From: Patescibacteria group bacterium
GTDB lineage: Bacteria; Patescibacteriota; Patescibacteriia; UBA9934
Length of the DNA: 64,000 nt
Direction: 5' to 3'
NCBI GenBank assembly: GCA_041660165.1
Contig: JBAZWW010000003.1
Span: forward strand, 68,352 to 132,351
Below the pieces are notes generated by a model. That model was not told where the DNA came from, did not search any database, and saw only the letters and a list, made by a program, of their open reading frames with translations. Positions 31,539 to 41,203 of the stretch are shown here, piece by piece. Every line of letters starts with the position of its first letter. Positions within the stretch are counted from its first letter, which is position 1. A program made the translations under genes and the position numbers.

Positions 31539-32177
31539 TTAGAGGCAGGATTGCCCGAGAGTAATCCAGAAGTGGTTGCCCGGGGCCTTGGGCTCGTAGT
31601 GGAGGTCCATTGTGCCCGTCATGGGCTGGGGCCGGCACTGGCGTCCCTGCAGGAGGTCGAACACGAAGTTCGTGTCCGCATTGAGCGCCTTCATGGGCAT
31701 CTTGGTGCCCTCCACCCACAAGGCGTCCACGTTCCACGTGGCGGAGGTCTCATAGACCGTGCCCTTCACCACAACCCGTCCATCGGTGACGCCGAGTTTG
31801 ACCCAGGCGTCCCCGAAGGGGAGGCAGGGAGCAGGCTCGCCGTCCGCGTTGATCACGGTGACGGAGGCGTATACGCCGCTGCGCGGATCGAGCCCGATGA
31901 CCACCGGCAGTGCTCCGCCCGTGATGTCCGGGGTGGTGCACGTACCGCGGTTGGGGTTCGTCACCTTGATGAGGCTGGTCAGCTTGTCACAGCCGTCCGG
32001 CCAATCAAGGAGGTAGACGCCCTCTTCGATGTTGTTGTGACCGCCTTCGCACTGCGGTTTCTTGAACCGCAGGTCCGTGTGCAGGTCGCTTGACCCGCGG
32101 TAGACGGCCACTTCCTTCGCGATGGCGGACGTGGTGACGGCCAGAACGGCGGCGACGATTCCAATGTAGCGGAACAT
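31539..32177 (-). CDS. secreted Cys-containing hypothetical protein (within the GC-rich island)
   Basis: Signal peptide MFRYIGIVAAVLAVTTSAIA; high GC3; antisense ORFs judged spurious. Confidence 0.5.
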   Translation of the reverse strand: MFRYIGIVAAVLAVTTSAIAKEVAVYRGSSDLHTDLRFKKPQCEGGHNNIEEGVYLLDWPDGCDKLTSLIKVTNPNRGTCTTPDITGGALPVVIGLDPRSGVYASVTVINADGEPAPCLPFGDAWVKLGVTDGRVVVKGTVYETSATWNVDALWVEGTKMPMKALNADTNFVFDLLQGRQCRPQPMTGTMDLHYEPKAPGNHFWITLGQSCL

Positions 32178-32350
32178 GATGCCTCCAAGGGGTGCGGATT
32201 TCAGCGAGACATGACGGAGAGCTTATGGGCCTTCCGTCCTGTCTGCAGTAGATCCGGCCTCCCCTCAATGAAGAAGGGAGACACGGGAGCCTCGCGTGTG
32301 GGCTCATCGATGACGTACCGTAGGGACGAGGCTCGGCCTCGTCCTTGTCG

Positions 32351-33109
32351 TTACGGTTTTTCGGCCGGTGTGGGCGTGGCCAGGGTGGCCCCGATCTTGG
32401 CGGCGGCCGTCTGCACGTCCGCCACTGAGGACCCGAGGTCGGCCTGACCGAGCGCCTCTGCGTCGATCTTGGCCTGTTCCTCGGGCGTCACGGGTACGCC
32501 GTCGGGCTTGTCCGCTAGCGTGCCGGTGTCTGGGATGGTGCCGGTCTTGGGCGTACGGCCGTAGAGGTCTCCGCGGAAGTCTGCGATGACCCCGCTTCCG
32601 CCGTACCTGTAACCACCGGCGCCGAAGCTGGAACCACGGCCGTTGCTCGTGACCGCCGTCGCCAGCGCCACGTCCGTACCAACGGCGAACGTGTCGCCGC
32701 TGATGAACACGGGCCGGCCGGACGAGATCGCGCTCGTCACCGCCGAACTGCGCGTCTGCGCGTCCGTGAACGCGGGCAGGATCTGCACGCTGGCGATCGT
32801 GACGTTCGCGCTGGTCCGCGCGAGCTCCACGCGCTCGTCGCTCTGGATGCGGGCGAGGGCGATGGTCCGATCGGCGCACTGCGTGGCGAACTTGGTGCCG
32901 GCACGCGTGGTCGTGTGAGACGGCTCCAGCGTGACGCCGGCGCAGTCGCCGTAGAACGTCGCCCGGCCCACGTTCGGCCCGTTTTGCGGGTCGGCCGTGG
33001 TGGCGGTGCTGACCGGGCCCCAGTTCGGTGCCGGGGTGGCCGTGGCGTCCTGGGCCATGGCGGACCCGGAAGCCAGAGTGAAAAGAATCGAAACCAGATA
33101 CTTGCGCAT
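32351..33109 (-). CDS. secreted hypothetical protein (within the GC-rich island)
   Basis: Signal peptide MRKYLVSILFTLASGSAMA; Thr/Ala-rich; high GC3. Confidence 0.5.
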   Translation of the reverse strand: MRKYLVSILFTLASGSAMAQDATATPAPNWGPVSTATTADPQNGPNVGRATFYGDCAGVTLEPSHTTTRAGTKFATQCADRTIALARIQSDERVELARTSANVTIASVQILPAFTDAQTRSSAVTSAISSGRPVFISGDTFAVGTDVALATAVTSNGRGSSFGAGGYRYGGSGVIADFRGDLYGRTPKTGTIPDTGTLADKPDGVPVTPEEQAKIDAEALGQADLGSSVADVQTAAAKIGATLATPTPAEKP

Positions 33110-33243
33110 GTTTACCTCGCGCTTGGGTGGTCGGTCCTAGGCTCAGCAATCGGACAGTCCGACGGCTTTGCCCAGACCCTTTAGAATAGCAAAAAAATGG
33201 GTTTTTGTCAATGTTTCAAAGAGGGTGTTTCTTGGCTAATCTA

Positions 33244-33272
33244 TTGACATTTTTGAAAATTTGGGGTATTCT
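33244..33272 (+). promoter_or_regulatory. sigma70-like promoter (TTGACA-17-TATTCT) in the AT-rich divergent region
   Basis: TTGACA at 33244-33249 and TATTCT at 33267-33272; the only AT-rich stretch in the island. Confidence 0.45.
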
Positions 33273-33338
33273 CTTTTGTCTTCCTCCCCGTGCTTGCACA
33301 AGGAGGAATGACCGTCTTGGTTAGGAATACCGTTCAAC

Positions 33339-35129
33339 ATGGGGCAACGGCAAAGCCGATCCCCGGAGGAAATGATCATGCGTCGTACCCGAAATGCCGG
33401 TACCCCGGCTCTCACTCCCGGTCAGGAGCGTGCTTCTGACCTGTGGGATCGAATCGTTGATCTGCGGTTCCTCCCGGGCCGTACGATCCGCGGTCGCGCG
33501 CCGGTTCGCGGTCCGGAGATCGTGGATCGCCCGACAGAGATCCAGGTGCTCAACTGGATCATGCTCAACTGGCTCCCTGGCAATCAGGGGGTCTTGAGCC
33601 TGCTCCCGGACATGACGGTGCCGGATGCGGGAGTGGGGAATTTCGACGTGGATACTCTGTTCCGCGTGCGCGACCCTGATCCCGTTCCACCCGCCGTGGA
33701 CACTCGGCCCACCCCCGCAGAGCGCGAAGCCGCCACCCAGGCGATTTACGCACTGCTGGACGGTCCGTTTGCCCCGTTCGAGCAGGCACTCCGCGCAGGC
33801 GGAACCCCGGCCATCCCGTGGTGGCTTCGGCCCTGGTTCGAAGGTCTGGACTTCGTGGATGACCACCTGACTGTGGCCAGCCAGGCGTTCTTGCCCCAAT
33901 GGAGGCTGGTTCTCGGGGCTCTTCGCGGAGTGGGCGGATTCGCGGGCATGTTCACGCTCGGGTTCGTTGGAGCCACGCTGGCCGTTCTCTGTGCGGGGAT
34001 GCCGTTCGTGGCCTTCATCTTGTTCCTGGGCGTGCTCTTCCTCGGTCGGCGCGCTCTCGGCCGGATCTGGGGATGGATCACGGGCGCTGCGGATTGGATC
34101 GTGGAACAGCCGGCGCGTATCTGGAACGCCATGTTCCCCGCGCTCGTGACGTCCCTGACACCGCCTCCCAGGCCTCCGACCGACCCCAACTTCGTGGAGG
34201 GCGTGTCGGATCTGTCGCCCATCGAGCGTCGTGTCATCGGGCGTCGGAACGCATGGGGTGTGGTGGCTGCCGTTATCTTCGGCGGTATCCCGTTCGCCTA
34301 CGGCATCATCATGTCCACGATCGGCCTGTACCACATCTACGAGCCGATCGCGGCTGGTGCCGTGAACCCTGTGTTTGAAGGCCTTGGCAACGGGGCATTC
34401 AACCCGGCATCGTTCAACCTGAACTACTATATGTTCATGGTTGAAATCTCCCGGTACATCCTGATGATTACGGAAGTCATTACGATGAGTGCCTGGGGGG
34501 TTCCGCGTATCCGTGAGTTCGACAACAACCTCGCTGACGGCACCGTGGTGGCTCATCCGACGGATTTCCGTCGCTTGATCGAGCGGTTTGGTCTTCTCAT
34601 GGTGTGGTTCCGCCTGGGTGCGTCCGGTCGATTCCGTCCGCACTTCATCACGATCTGCATCATCGTCGACTCCATCGCTGTTCTGCTGAATGGGTACGTA
34701 TACCCTATTCATCACACGGCTCAGGGGTGGGCCTGGTCCTCGACGTTGTTGACTTGGTGGTTGATCCTCATCATTAACGTGGGCATTCGCTTCGGCGGGT
34801 GGTTCAACTTCAATGATCGGGAGAAGCTCGTCAAGTCGCTTACGGGGTACCTGTTCACTGGCCTGGGTGCTCCGCTCGCCGTCATGCTGGTCATGGGGTT
34901 CCTTCCCCCCCGGCACGGTGATGACGTGATGACGCTGGCGCAGACGGCCGGTGGCAACGCGATGGTTGCCGCTAGCAACTACGTGGGCCCGGCAAAGCTC
35001 GATCGCCCGCCCGTCCTTCCGCGCCCCGAGTGCGCGAATGCGAAGGCCAAGGTGGCCGTGCTCGAAGCCAAGATCCCTGGCATCTGCCTGCGGAACCCCG
35101 GAAAGGTTCCCTGTAGCTGCCCGAAGTAG
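33339..35129 (+). CDS. large polytopic membrane protein (at least 8 TM) of unknown function, high GC
   Basis: Multiple hydrophobic helices (e.g. FAGMFTLGFVGATLAVLCAGMPFVAFILFLGVLFLG, WAWSSTLLTWWLILIINVGI); the antisense 614-aa ORF is R/H/D-rich junk. Confidence 0.55.
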   Translation: MGQRQSRSPEEMIMRRTRNAGTPALTPGQERASDLWDRIVDLRFLPGRTIRGRAPVRGPEIVDRPTEIQVLNWIMLNWLPGNQGVLSLLPDMTVPDAGVGNFDVDTLFRVRDPDPVPPAVDTRPTPAEREAATQAIYALLDGPFAPFEQALRAGGTPAIPWWLRPWFEGLDFVDDHLTVASQAFLPQWRLVLGALRGVGGFAGMFTLGFVGATLAVLCAGMPFVAFILFLGVLFLGRRALGRIWGWITGAADWIVEQPARIWNAMFPALVTSLTPPPRPPTDPNFVEGVSDLSPIERRVIGRRNAWGVVAAVIFGGIPFAYGIIMSTIGLYHIYEPIAAGAVNPVFEGLGNGAFNPASFNLNYYMFMVEISRYILMITEVITMSAWGVPRIREFDNNLADGTVVAHPTDFRRLIERFGLLMVWFRLGASGRFRPHFITICIIVDSIAVLLNGYVYPIHHTAQGWAWSSTLLTWWLILIINVGIRFGGWFNFNDREKLVKSLTGYLFTGLGAPLAVMLVMGFLPPRHGDDVMTLAQTAGGNAMVAASNYVGPAKLDRPPVLPRPECANAKAKVAVLEAKIPGICLRNPGKVPCSCPK

Positions 35130-35226
35130 GTCCTGCCCGTAGGGGAAACGGGAAGGGCCTCGCAACGGCCGGATGACATGAGCAGAAATGCTTATGACAA
35201 CCGGTCGTTTTCTAATTTAGAGAGAG

Positions 35227-36675
35227 GTGGGTTATACTTTCCCCATGTCTTCAGCCCTCGCCAAAAACTCAGCTTTACAGGTAGGGGGAAAGCTTCTCGG
35301 CACCCTTTTTGGCCTAGTGACTTTTTATTTACTTCTTCAGTATTTCGGAACTGCAGGCTACGGGCTGATCACGACAGCCATCACCTACGTGACAATTTTT
35401 GGCGTAATTGTTGATTTTGGCCTGACGCTCACTACCACGCAGATGATTTCTGAGCACGGGGCCAATGAGGAAAAGATTTTGGGGAACTTGCTGGCGCTTC
35501 GCGTGCTTACGGCATTGGTCTTTCTTTCTATCGCCCCAATTTCCGCCATCTTTGTTCCCGGCGTGAAGGACGTCCTTGTCCTAGTCTCAATTATTACGGC
35601 TACCACGTTCTTCGCTTCCGTGGCGCAGACATTCATTGGCGTTTTTCAGAAGCGCCTCGCCCTTGGCATCCCTGTTCTTGGAGAAATGCTGAACCGCTTG
35701 GTGGCGCTTGTCCTTATCATTCTAGTTGGTACCGCACATTTAGGGCTGGCCGCTTCGGCGGTTGCCTTTACCATTGGCAATTTTGTACAGTTTGCGCTCA
35801 TGCTTCTTGGCACGGCCCGTTACGTGAAACTTCGTCCCCGGCTGGAATGGAAAGTATGGCGAGAGATAATCGTGCGGAGCTGGCCGATTGGCGTGTCTAT
35901 TTTCTTTAACCTTTTGTACTTGAAGGGCGATATTTTGTTCATGGCTTTTTTCCACCGGAGTTTCACGGAAATTGGCCAGTACGGTTCTGCATATAAGGTG
36001 GTGGATGTAATGACCATGATTCCTGTGACGTTTATGGGTCTCATGCTCCCGCTTCTCTCCGTTGCCTGGAGCGAGAAGAACCGAGAGAAATTCGATCGTC
36101 ATTTACAACAGACGTTTGATATCTTTGCCATGATCGCTATTCCGTTTGCGGTCGGCTCTATTCTCCTTGGCGTACCGGTTATGACCGCCGTGAAGCCTGA
36201 TCTTATTCTGGCCGGCCAAGTGCTGAGCGTGCTTGGCCCCGCCTCCGCCGTAGTGTTTTTCAATTCGCTCTACGGCCACGCGGTAGTGGCTGTGAAGCGC
36301 CAGCGTGTTATGCTATTAGGCTACTGTTTTGTGGCCGTGGTTGCCATTTTGGGCTACGTTCTTTACATTCCTCTTTACGGCGCCTGGGCCGCCGCCTGGG
36401 TAACGCTTATTTCAGAGTCATTGATTGGCCTGTGTTCATTTGCTGTCGTTGCTTCCGCTACTAGGCGCTGGCCTAACCTTCTCTCTCTTGGCCGAGCATT
36501 GATCGCTACGGCAGTCATGTCCGCCTCGATTCTCCTCATTCCTGGTCTTCCTATTCTGGTCGAGCTACCACTCGCTATCATGGTGTACGCTCTCGCCCTC
36601 GTGGCTCTTGGGGGTCCAAAACCCAAGCACGTGATGGCCCTGTTTATGCCTGATAAGCCATCCGTCGAGGTTTGA
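35227..36675 (+). CDS. Wzx-type polysaccharide flippase (MOP superfamily)
   Basis: 482 aa, about 12-14 TM helices; polysaccharide-biosynthesis-protein-like N-terminus. Confidence 0.7.
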   Translation: MGYTFPMSSALAKNSALQVGGKLLGTLFGLVTFYLLLQYFGTAGYGLITTAITYVTIFGVIVDFGLTLTTTQMISEHGANEEKILGNLLALRVLTALVFLSIAPISAIFVPGVKDVLVLVSIITATTFFASVAQTFIGVFQKRLALGIPVLGEMLNRLVALVLIILVGTAHLGLAASAVAFTIGNFVQFALMLLGTARYVKLRPRLEWKVWREIIVRSWPIGVSIFFNLLYLKGDILFMAFFHRSFTEIGQYGSAYKVVDVMTMIPVTFMGLMLPLLSVAWSEKNREKFDRHLQQTFDIFAMIAIPFAVGSILLGVPVMTAVKPDLILAGQVLSVLGPASAVVFFNSLYGHAVVAVKRQRVMLLGYCFVAVVAILGYVLYIPLYGAWAAAWVTLISESLIGLCSFAVVASATRRWPNLLSLGRALIATAVMSASILLIPGLPILVELPLAIMVYALALVALGGPKPKHVMALFMPDKPSVEV

Positions 36676-36822
36676 GTGTCCGGTCCTACTCCGACGACAG
36701 GAGGAGTAGCCTTGGATGCCATTGGATAAGGATTCTGACAAATTACAGTAAGCCAATTCTATCCCTCGCTTTGCTCGGGATGGGATCCATCGGCTCGGGG
36801 TGGGAAGTTAGAAATACACGCT

Positions 36823-38031
36823 ATGCCGAAGTTCAAAGACTTTCTCATTCTTCTCTTGGCCGTTTTGCCAACTTATCTTTTGCGTTTTCATCTTGGGCCG
36901 GTGCCAACTACTGTGCTCGAAATATATATATTGTTGATTATTGGGTACTGGTTTATTTTTGAGCAGGGTTATCGGTTAGATTTCTTGCGAACAATGGGCG
37001 CGTACCGGGTGCCATTCCTACTTCTCCTCGCTACTTCATGTTTTGCCGTGGCCGTGGCGCCGGATCCGATCTCGGCACTCGGCACCTGGAAGGCATTTTA
37101 TGTCGAGCCGATTTTGTTGTTTTTCGTTTTTCGTTCAACGTTCCTCGCGCGCGAGGATTGGACGCTCGCCCTTGGCGCTCTTGGCATCTCGGTGATTTCT
37201 ATTTCGATCTTTGCCGTTTTCCAACGAGTGACGGGCCTCGGCATTCCGGTGCCATGGGATATCGAGCTTCGAGCAACCTCGATCTTTGATTTCCCGAACG
37301 CCGTTGGCTTATTTGTCGGTCCGGCGGTTGCCGTGTTTGTCGTGCTCGCTGTAGACAAGGCTCGAGCACTCCGGGAACGAGTATTTTTCGGCATCTCAGC
37401 CATGTTCGGTGTCATCGCGATTGTTCTCTCGCAAACCGAGGCGCTATTCATTGCCTTGCCGGTAGCGTTTCTGTTCTCGCTTTTGCTGTCGAGCGCCCCG
37501 AAGAAGCTCAAGCTCGGCATCATTGGCGCGAGCATTTTCCTTGGCGTCATCGCCTTTGCGGGCAGTTCGACCGTTCGTGAGAAGCTGCTGCTTGAAGACC
37601 TTTCCGGTCAGGTTCGCCGTTCACAGTGGACGGAAACACTCGCCCTTCTAAAAGATCATCCCATTTTTGGCGCTGGCCTCCAGGGCTATCCCGCTGTTTT
37701 TGCTAAGTACCATGACCCGCGTCTGTACGAAATCTTCCAGTACCCGCATAACATTTTGCTGAATTTTTGGGTTGAGCTTGGCTTCCTTGGCGTGATCACG
37801 CTCGTTGTTTTCATTCTTTCAGTTCTTCAGGTGACATATATGCGCCGGACAGACATTTTTAGCCTCGTAGCCTTTGCCGGACTCGCCACCATGTGTATCC
37901 ACGGTCTGGTTGATGTGCCATTTTTCAAGAATGATCTGGCGGTACTGACGGTGTTCTTGTTGGCCCTGAGCTCGACCTCCTCTGGCTCCTCCTTGGAAAG
38001 GAGGAGGATCACTTATGACCCTGATCTATAA
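36823..38031 (+). CDS. O-antigen ligase/polymerase-like (Wzy_C) membrane protein
   Basis: Multi-TM with a central periplasmic loop; motifs SQTEALFIALP and FGAGLQGY; the C-terminal tail SSLERRR is encoded by the hairpin at 37987-38007. Confidence 0.65.
   Translation: MPKFKDFLILLLAVLPTYLLRFHLGPVPTTVLEIYILLIIGYWFIFEQGYRLDFLRTMGAYRVPFLLLLATSCFAVAVAPDPISALGTWKAFYVEPILLFFVFRSTFLAREDWTLALGALGISVISISIFAVFQRVTGLGIPVPWDIELRATSIFDFPNAVGLFVGPAVAVFVVLAVDKARALRERVFFGISAMFGVIAIVLSQTEALFIALPVAFLFSLLLSSAPKKLKLGIIGASIFLGVIAFAGSSTVREKLLLEDLSGQVRRSQWTETLALLKDHPIFGAGLQGYPAVFAKYHDPRLYEIFQYPHNILLNFWVELGFLGVITLVVFILSVLQVTYMRRTDIFSLVAFAGLATMCIHGLVDVPFFKNDLAVLTVFLLALSSTSSGSSLERRRITYDPDL
37987..38007. repeat. palindromic hairpin CTCCTCC-TTGGAAA-GGAGGAG (family A variant, left flank of DUF559 gene 1)
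   Basis: Perfect 7-bp stem; loop identical to the 63561-63577 copy upstream of the second DUF559 gene. Confidence 0.6.
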
Positions 38032-38410
38032 CCCATCATGGAGCATTGAACGGAGAAAGGAGCTTCGGATGAGAGCAACATTCGCTGAAATTGTGCTTTG
38101 GAATCTTTTGAGAAATAGGCAACTCATGAATGTGAAGTTTCGTCGGCAGTATGGTGTAGACGGGTACATTGTCGATTTTTATGCTGCCCAATTGAAATTT
38201 GCAATTGAGCTTGATGGGGCCGTTCACGATACTGAAGAGGCAAGAAGATACGACCAAATTAGAGACGAGCACTTGAGGGGAATCGGCATCGAAATACTAC
38301 GATTACGAAACGAGGAGGTTGTACTGGGGCAGGAGTCAGCTCTCAAGCGAATCACTGAAGCGATGCGCTCTCGTCAGGCGCGTTACCCCTCCTTACCAAG
38401 GAGGGGATAG
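38015..38410 (+). CDS. DUF559 (Vsr/restriction-endonuclease-like) domain protein
   Basis: Aligns from Met1 with the second DUF559 protein at 63608 (M-T-x-I-x-N-x-x-W-S-(I/L)-E-R-R-(K/R)-(E/D)-L-R, FRRQYG, (I/L)-(I/V/T)-D-F-Y, ELDG); the C-terminal tail RYPSLPRRG is encoded by the hairpin at 38386-38406. Confidence 0.7.
   Translation: MTLIYNPSWSIERRKELRMRATFAEIVLWNLLRNRQLMNVKFRRQYGVDGYIVDFYAAQLKFAIELDGAVHDTEEARRYDQIRDEHLRGIGIEILRLRNEEVVLGQESALKRITEAMRSRQARYPSLPRRG
38386..38406. repeat. palindromic hairpin CCCCTCC-TTACCAA-GGAGGGG (family A variant, right flank of DUF559 gene 1)
   Basis: Perfect 7-bp stem; loop in inverted orientation relative to the left-flank copy. Confidence 0.6.
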
Positions 38411-38433
38411 GGGAGGTATAATCACCTCACACT

Positions 38434-40320
38434 ATGCTCCCTCTTCTCAAACGCGCCTTTTCAGGTTTTCTTTTGCTGGTCACGCTCCTTCTTGGCGTCC
38501 CTTTTACGGCTTTTGCCTCGAGTATTCCTTATTCAGCTCTACGCATAACCACCACCGGCGGGGGGAATATCACTTTGGCGCCGGGGGAGGTGAAGAATAT
38601 TGCCGTTTCTTTTCAAAACAAGGGTTCGCAGACGTGGAAAAATGATGGCAACGGCTACATTTCGCTTTATACCTACGGCCCAAAGTACCGGGCGAGTGTT
38701 TTTGACCCAGGTACCTGGCTCACGCCCTCGCAGGTGAAGCGGATGGGGGAGGAAGGCGTGAAGCCCGGCGCCACGGGCACATTTTTGTTCAGCTTGAAAG
38801 CGCCAAAGACCCTTGGCACATACAAAGAAACTTTCGCCCTGGCGTCTGAGAATATCAATTGGGTTACGGGAGGTGACTTCACTTTGAATATCACCGTGCA
38901 AGCGTCGAGTACTGCCAATGCGCCAGCTGTAGACCCCCGCCCGGACGATCCGGTCGGACGGGCTTCCTCACGTCAGGGTCTGGTTCCCGTTTCCACCGTC
39001 GCTCCCGATGCCTCTATTGGCTACTCAGCCAGTCTGGTCACCCAAACCGCTTCCAAAATGAAGGTCCTGGCTAAGAAAACAATCTCATTTTCGGCCGTTA
39101 TTCAGAACACGGGAACAAAGACATGGAAGAACATTGGGCTCTCGTCTTCAGCCATGAACATTGCTTCTGGGTCGAGTGATTTTAGGAACAGCACATGGTC
39201 TGGCAATCAGGTTGCCCTCCTCTCGCAAACAGTGAAGCCTGGCGCTACGGCCACGGTTCAGTTTTTCTTCACCTCGCCCAGCGTCAACGGAACACATACC
39301 GCGAAGTTTCAGATTACTGCAGACGGCATCAGTATTCCTGACAGCTTCGTGACCATTCCCGTTGAAGTAACCGGCGGATCGGCTGAAGCACTCGACGCCC
39401 CATTAGAAAGCGGGGTTTCCAACCCCTCCTCCGTGCCGGCCGCACTGATAACTGAACCAACTATCCGCGTGGGCGTGTTGATTGTGGACGAGGAGACAAA
39501 AGACGAGGCGGTCATCACCTCATTTGAAAGCGATTTTGATTTAATTGATACAGATGGCACGATCCTTGGTTCTTATCCAAGAGGGAAAGAGATCCGGACG
39601 GCATGGGATGGAGCGAATTATCTCTATAACGACGGTGCACACAAAAAGTCCTCGAAACCGCTCCGTTTCGTTCCAAAGACGCCAAACGCAGTCATGACCA
39701 TTACAAATTTTGATCGTCGGCTCACTCGCGGAACCTCGTTCGCAAACAACACTTTTAGAAACGTACTCGAACTCCGCTACAACACGCCGAATAATCGCAC
39801 TTGGGTTATAAATGAACTCCCGCTCGAATATTATTTACGAGGATTGGCTGAAACGTCTGATTCCTCGCCCGTTGAATTTCAGAAAGCGTTGTTAACCGCG
39901 GCCAGGACATACGCTTTTTATCACTGGACGCACAGCACTAAGCACAGAGCCGAAGGATTCCACGTAGACGCTTACCAAGACCAGGTGTACTGGGGCTATG
40001 ACCAGGAGGCCAGGACTCCGCGTATTACCGGAGGCGTGCAGGCCACGCGCGGTCAGATTGTCACGTACAACGGTGATACCGCCGTCACCTCATTCTTTTC
40101 TCGCTCGGATGGCAGAACTCGCAACTGGTCAGAAGTTTGGGGCGGAAACGTTCCGTATGCCAAATCCGTCCCCGTGCCGTGTGACGTTGGCAAGACTTTG
40201 TGGGGCCACGGCGTAGGCATGTCCGCTTCCGGCGCTCTCTGCATGGCCAAAGACGGTCAGGATTGGCAATCCATTCTCAAATATTTCTACACCGGCGTTG
40301 ATATTTCACAACGCTGGTAA
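38434..40320 (+). CDS. SpoIID/LytB-domain cell-wall protein with N-terminal Ig-like repeats
   Basis: Signal peptide; two TWKN-containing Ig-like repeats; C-terminal SpoIID/LytB-like region (NELPLEYYLRG...YWGYDQE...LWGHGVGMS). Confidence 0.7.
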   Translation: MLPLLKRAFSGFLLLVTLLLGVPFTAFASSIPYSALRITTTGGGNITLAPGEVKNIAVSFQNKGSQTWKNDGNGYISLYTYGPKYRASVFDPGTWLTPSQVKRMGEEGVKPGATGTFLFSLKAPKTLGTYKETFALASENINWVTGGDFTLNITVQASSTANAPAVDPRPDDPVGRASSRQGLVPVSTVAPDASIGYSASLVTQTASKMKVLAKKTISFSAVIQNTGTKTWKNIGLSSSAMNIASGSSDFRNSTWSGNQVALLSQTVKPGATATVQFFFTSPSVNGTHTAKFQITADGISIPDSFVTIPVEVTGGSAEALDAPLESGVSNPSSVPAALITEPTIRVGVLIVDEETKDEAVITSFESDFDLIDTDGTILGSYPRGKEIRTAWDGANYLYNDGAHKKSSKPLRFVPKTPNAVMTITNFDRRLTRGTSFANNTFRNVLELRYNTPNNRTWVINELPLEYYLRGLAETSDSSPVEFQKALLTAARTYAFYHWTHSTKHRAEGFHVDAYQDQVYWGYDQEARTPRITGGVQATRGQIVTYNGDTAVTSFFSRSDGRTRNWSEVWGGNVPYAKSVPVPCDVGKTLWGHGVGMSASGALCMAKDGQDWQSILKYFYTGVDISQRW

Positions 40321-40334
40321 GGAAAAATAAATCC

Positions 40335-40916
40335 TTACTTCTCAACCACCAGTCCCGTACTGTCATCTACCTTGTCGCTGTGCCCATGATGGAGCTTGCA
40401 GGCTTCGACTAGTTTGCTGATAGTTATCTTCACGTCATCAGGATTGTCGATATTTTTGAATTGGAATCTATCCTTGGCCGCTGCGGTTTGGATAAAGACA
40501 TCGCCAAAGGTGAGGAATGTGGCCAGGAATCCTTTCATCTCGCTTGTAATGTCCTGGATTTGCCGTAAGTGGAGCTCTGACACTACTCGATTAAACAAGC
40601 CCTTTTGTTCAATGTCTATAACGCGTTCGCTCGTTACAATCCAGACGTCCAGCCAGTAATCTGTGATGGCGGTAATGGTGAGCACAAACACCAGTAGGAA
40701 ATAGGCGCTGAAAACTACGGCGGAAATCGGACCAGTGGCCGGGTCATTGAAAATATCAACCTTGGTAAGGTTGAAATAGATAAGGATGACTACGGGAACA
40801 ATGAGAAGCATGCCTGTAAAGATGAGCAGGCGGACCACATCAATCCAGTGCCGGCGCAACACTAAGACCACTTTTTCCTCTGGCTCGCTGTTGGGGAGTT
40901 CAGTAAGGCGCATCAT
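40335..40916 (-). CDS. bacterial PH-domain (bPH_2, YdbS/YdbT-like) membrane protein
   Basis: Two N-terminal TM helices followed by a bPH_2-like domain. Confidence 0.55.
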   Translation of the reverse strand: MMRLTELPNSEPEEKVVLVLRRHWIDVVRLLIFTGMLLIVPVVILIYFNLTKVDIFNDPATGPISAVVFSAYFLLVFVLTITAITDYWLDVWIVTSERVIDIEQKGLFNRVVSELHLRQIQDITSEMKGFLATFLTFGDVFIQTAAAKDRFQFKNIDNPDDVKITISKLVEACKLHHGHSDKVDDSTGLVVEK

Positions 40917-41185
40917 AGGCCGTATTGGCTAGTATTTGTGCCGGTGTTTACGTGGATAACGGCCAGCGGATCCACTCTCACGCTCCAGTCATAGCGCGAA
41001 AGAAGACCCATACTCATGCCAAAGATGATAAAAAACCCGCCTACATAAAGGGCGAGTATGGCGTACGCTTTTCCGGAATCAATGCTGAACTTCTGGATGT
41101 GATAAACATTAAAAAACAGAAACAGTCCCGCAAAAAGCACCACGCCCAAAAACGGTAGGAGAATGTACCAGACGGGAAAGGTCAT
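40913..41185 (-). CDS. small membrane protein
   Basis: 90 aa, 2-3 TM helices; translationally coupled to the bPH_2 gene. Confidence 0.4.
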   Translation of the reverse strand: MTFPVWYILLPFLGVVLFAGLFLFFNVYHIQKFSIDSGKAYAILALYVGGFFIIFGMSMGLLSRYDWSVRVDPLAVIHVNTGTNTSQYGL

Positions 41186-41203
41186 ATCGGGATTATTGTA
41201 ACA

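Noticed and set aside
33321-35165. A 614-aa minus-strand ORF, plus many other long ORFs on both strands between 31.5 and 35.2 kb
   Set aside because: They are an artefact of high GC, which leaves few stop codons. The translated products are Arg/His/Asp-rich low-complexity sequences. The plus-strand 596-aa ORF has coherent TM helices and is the plausible gene.
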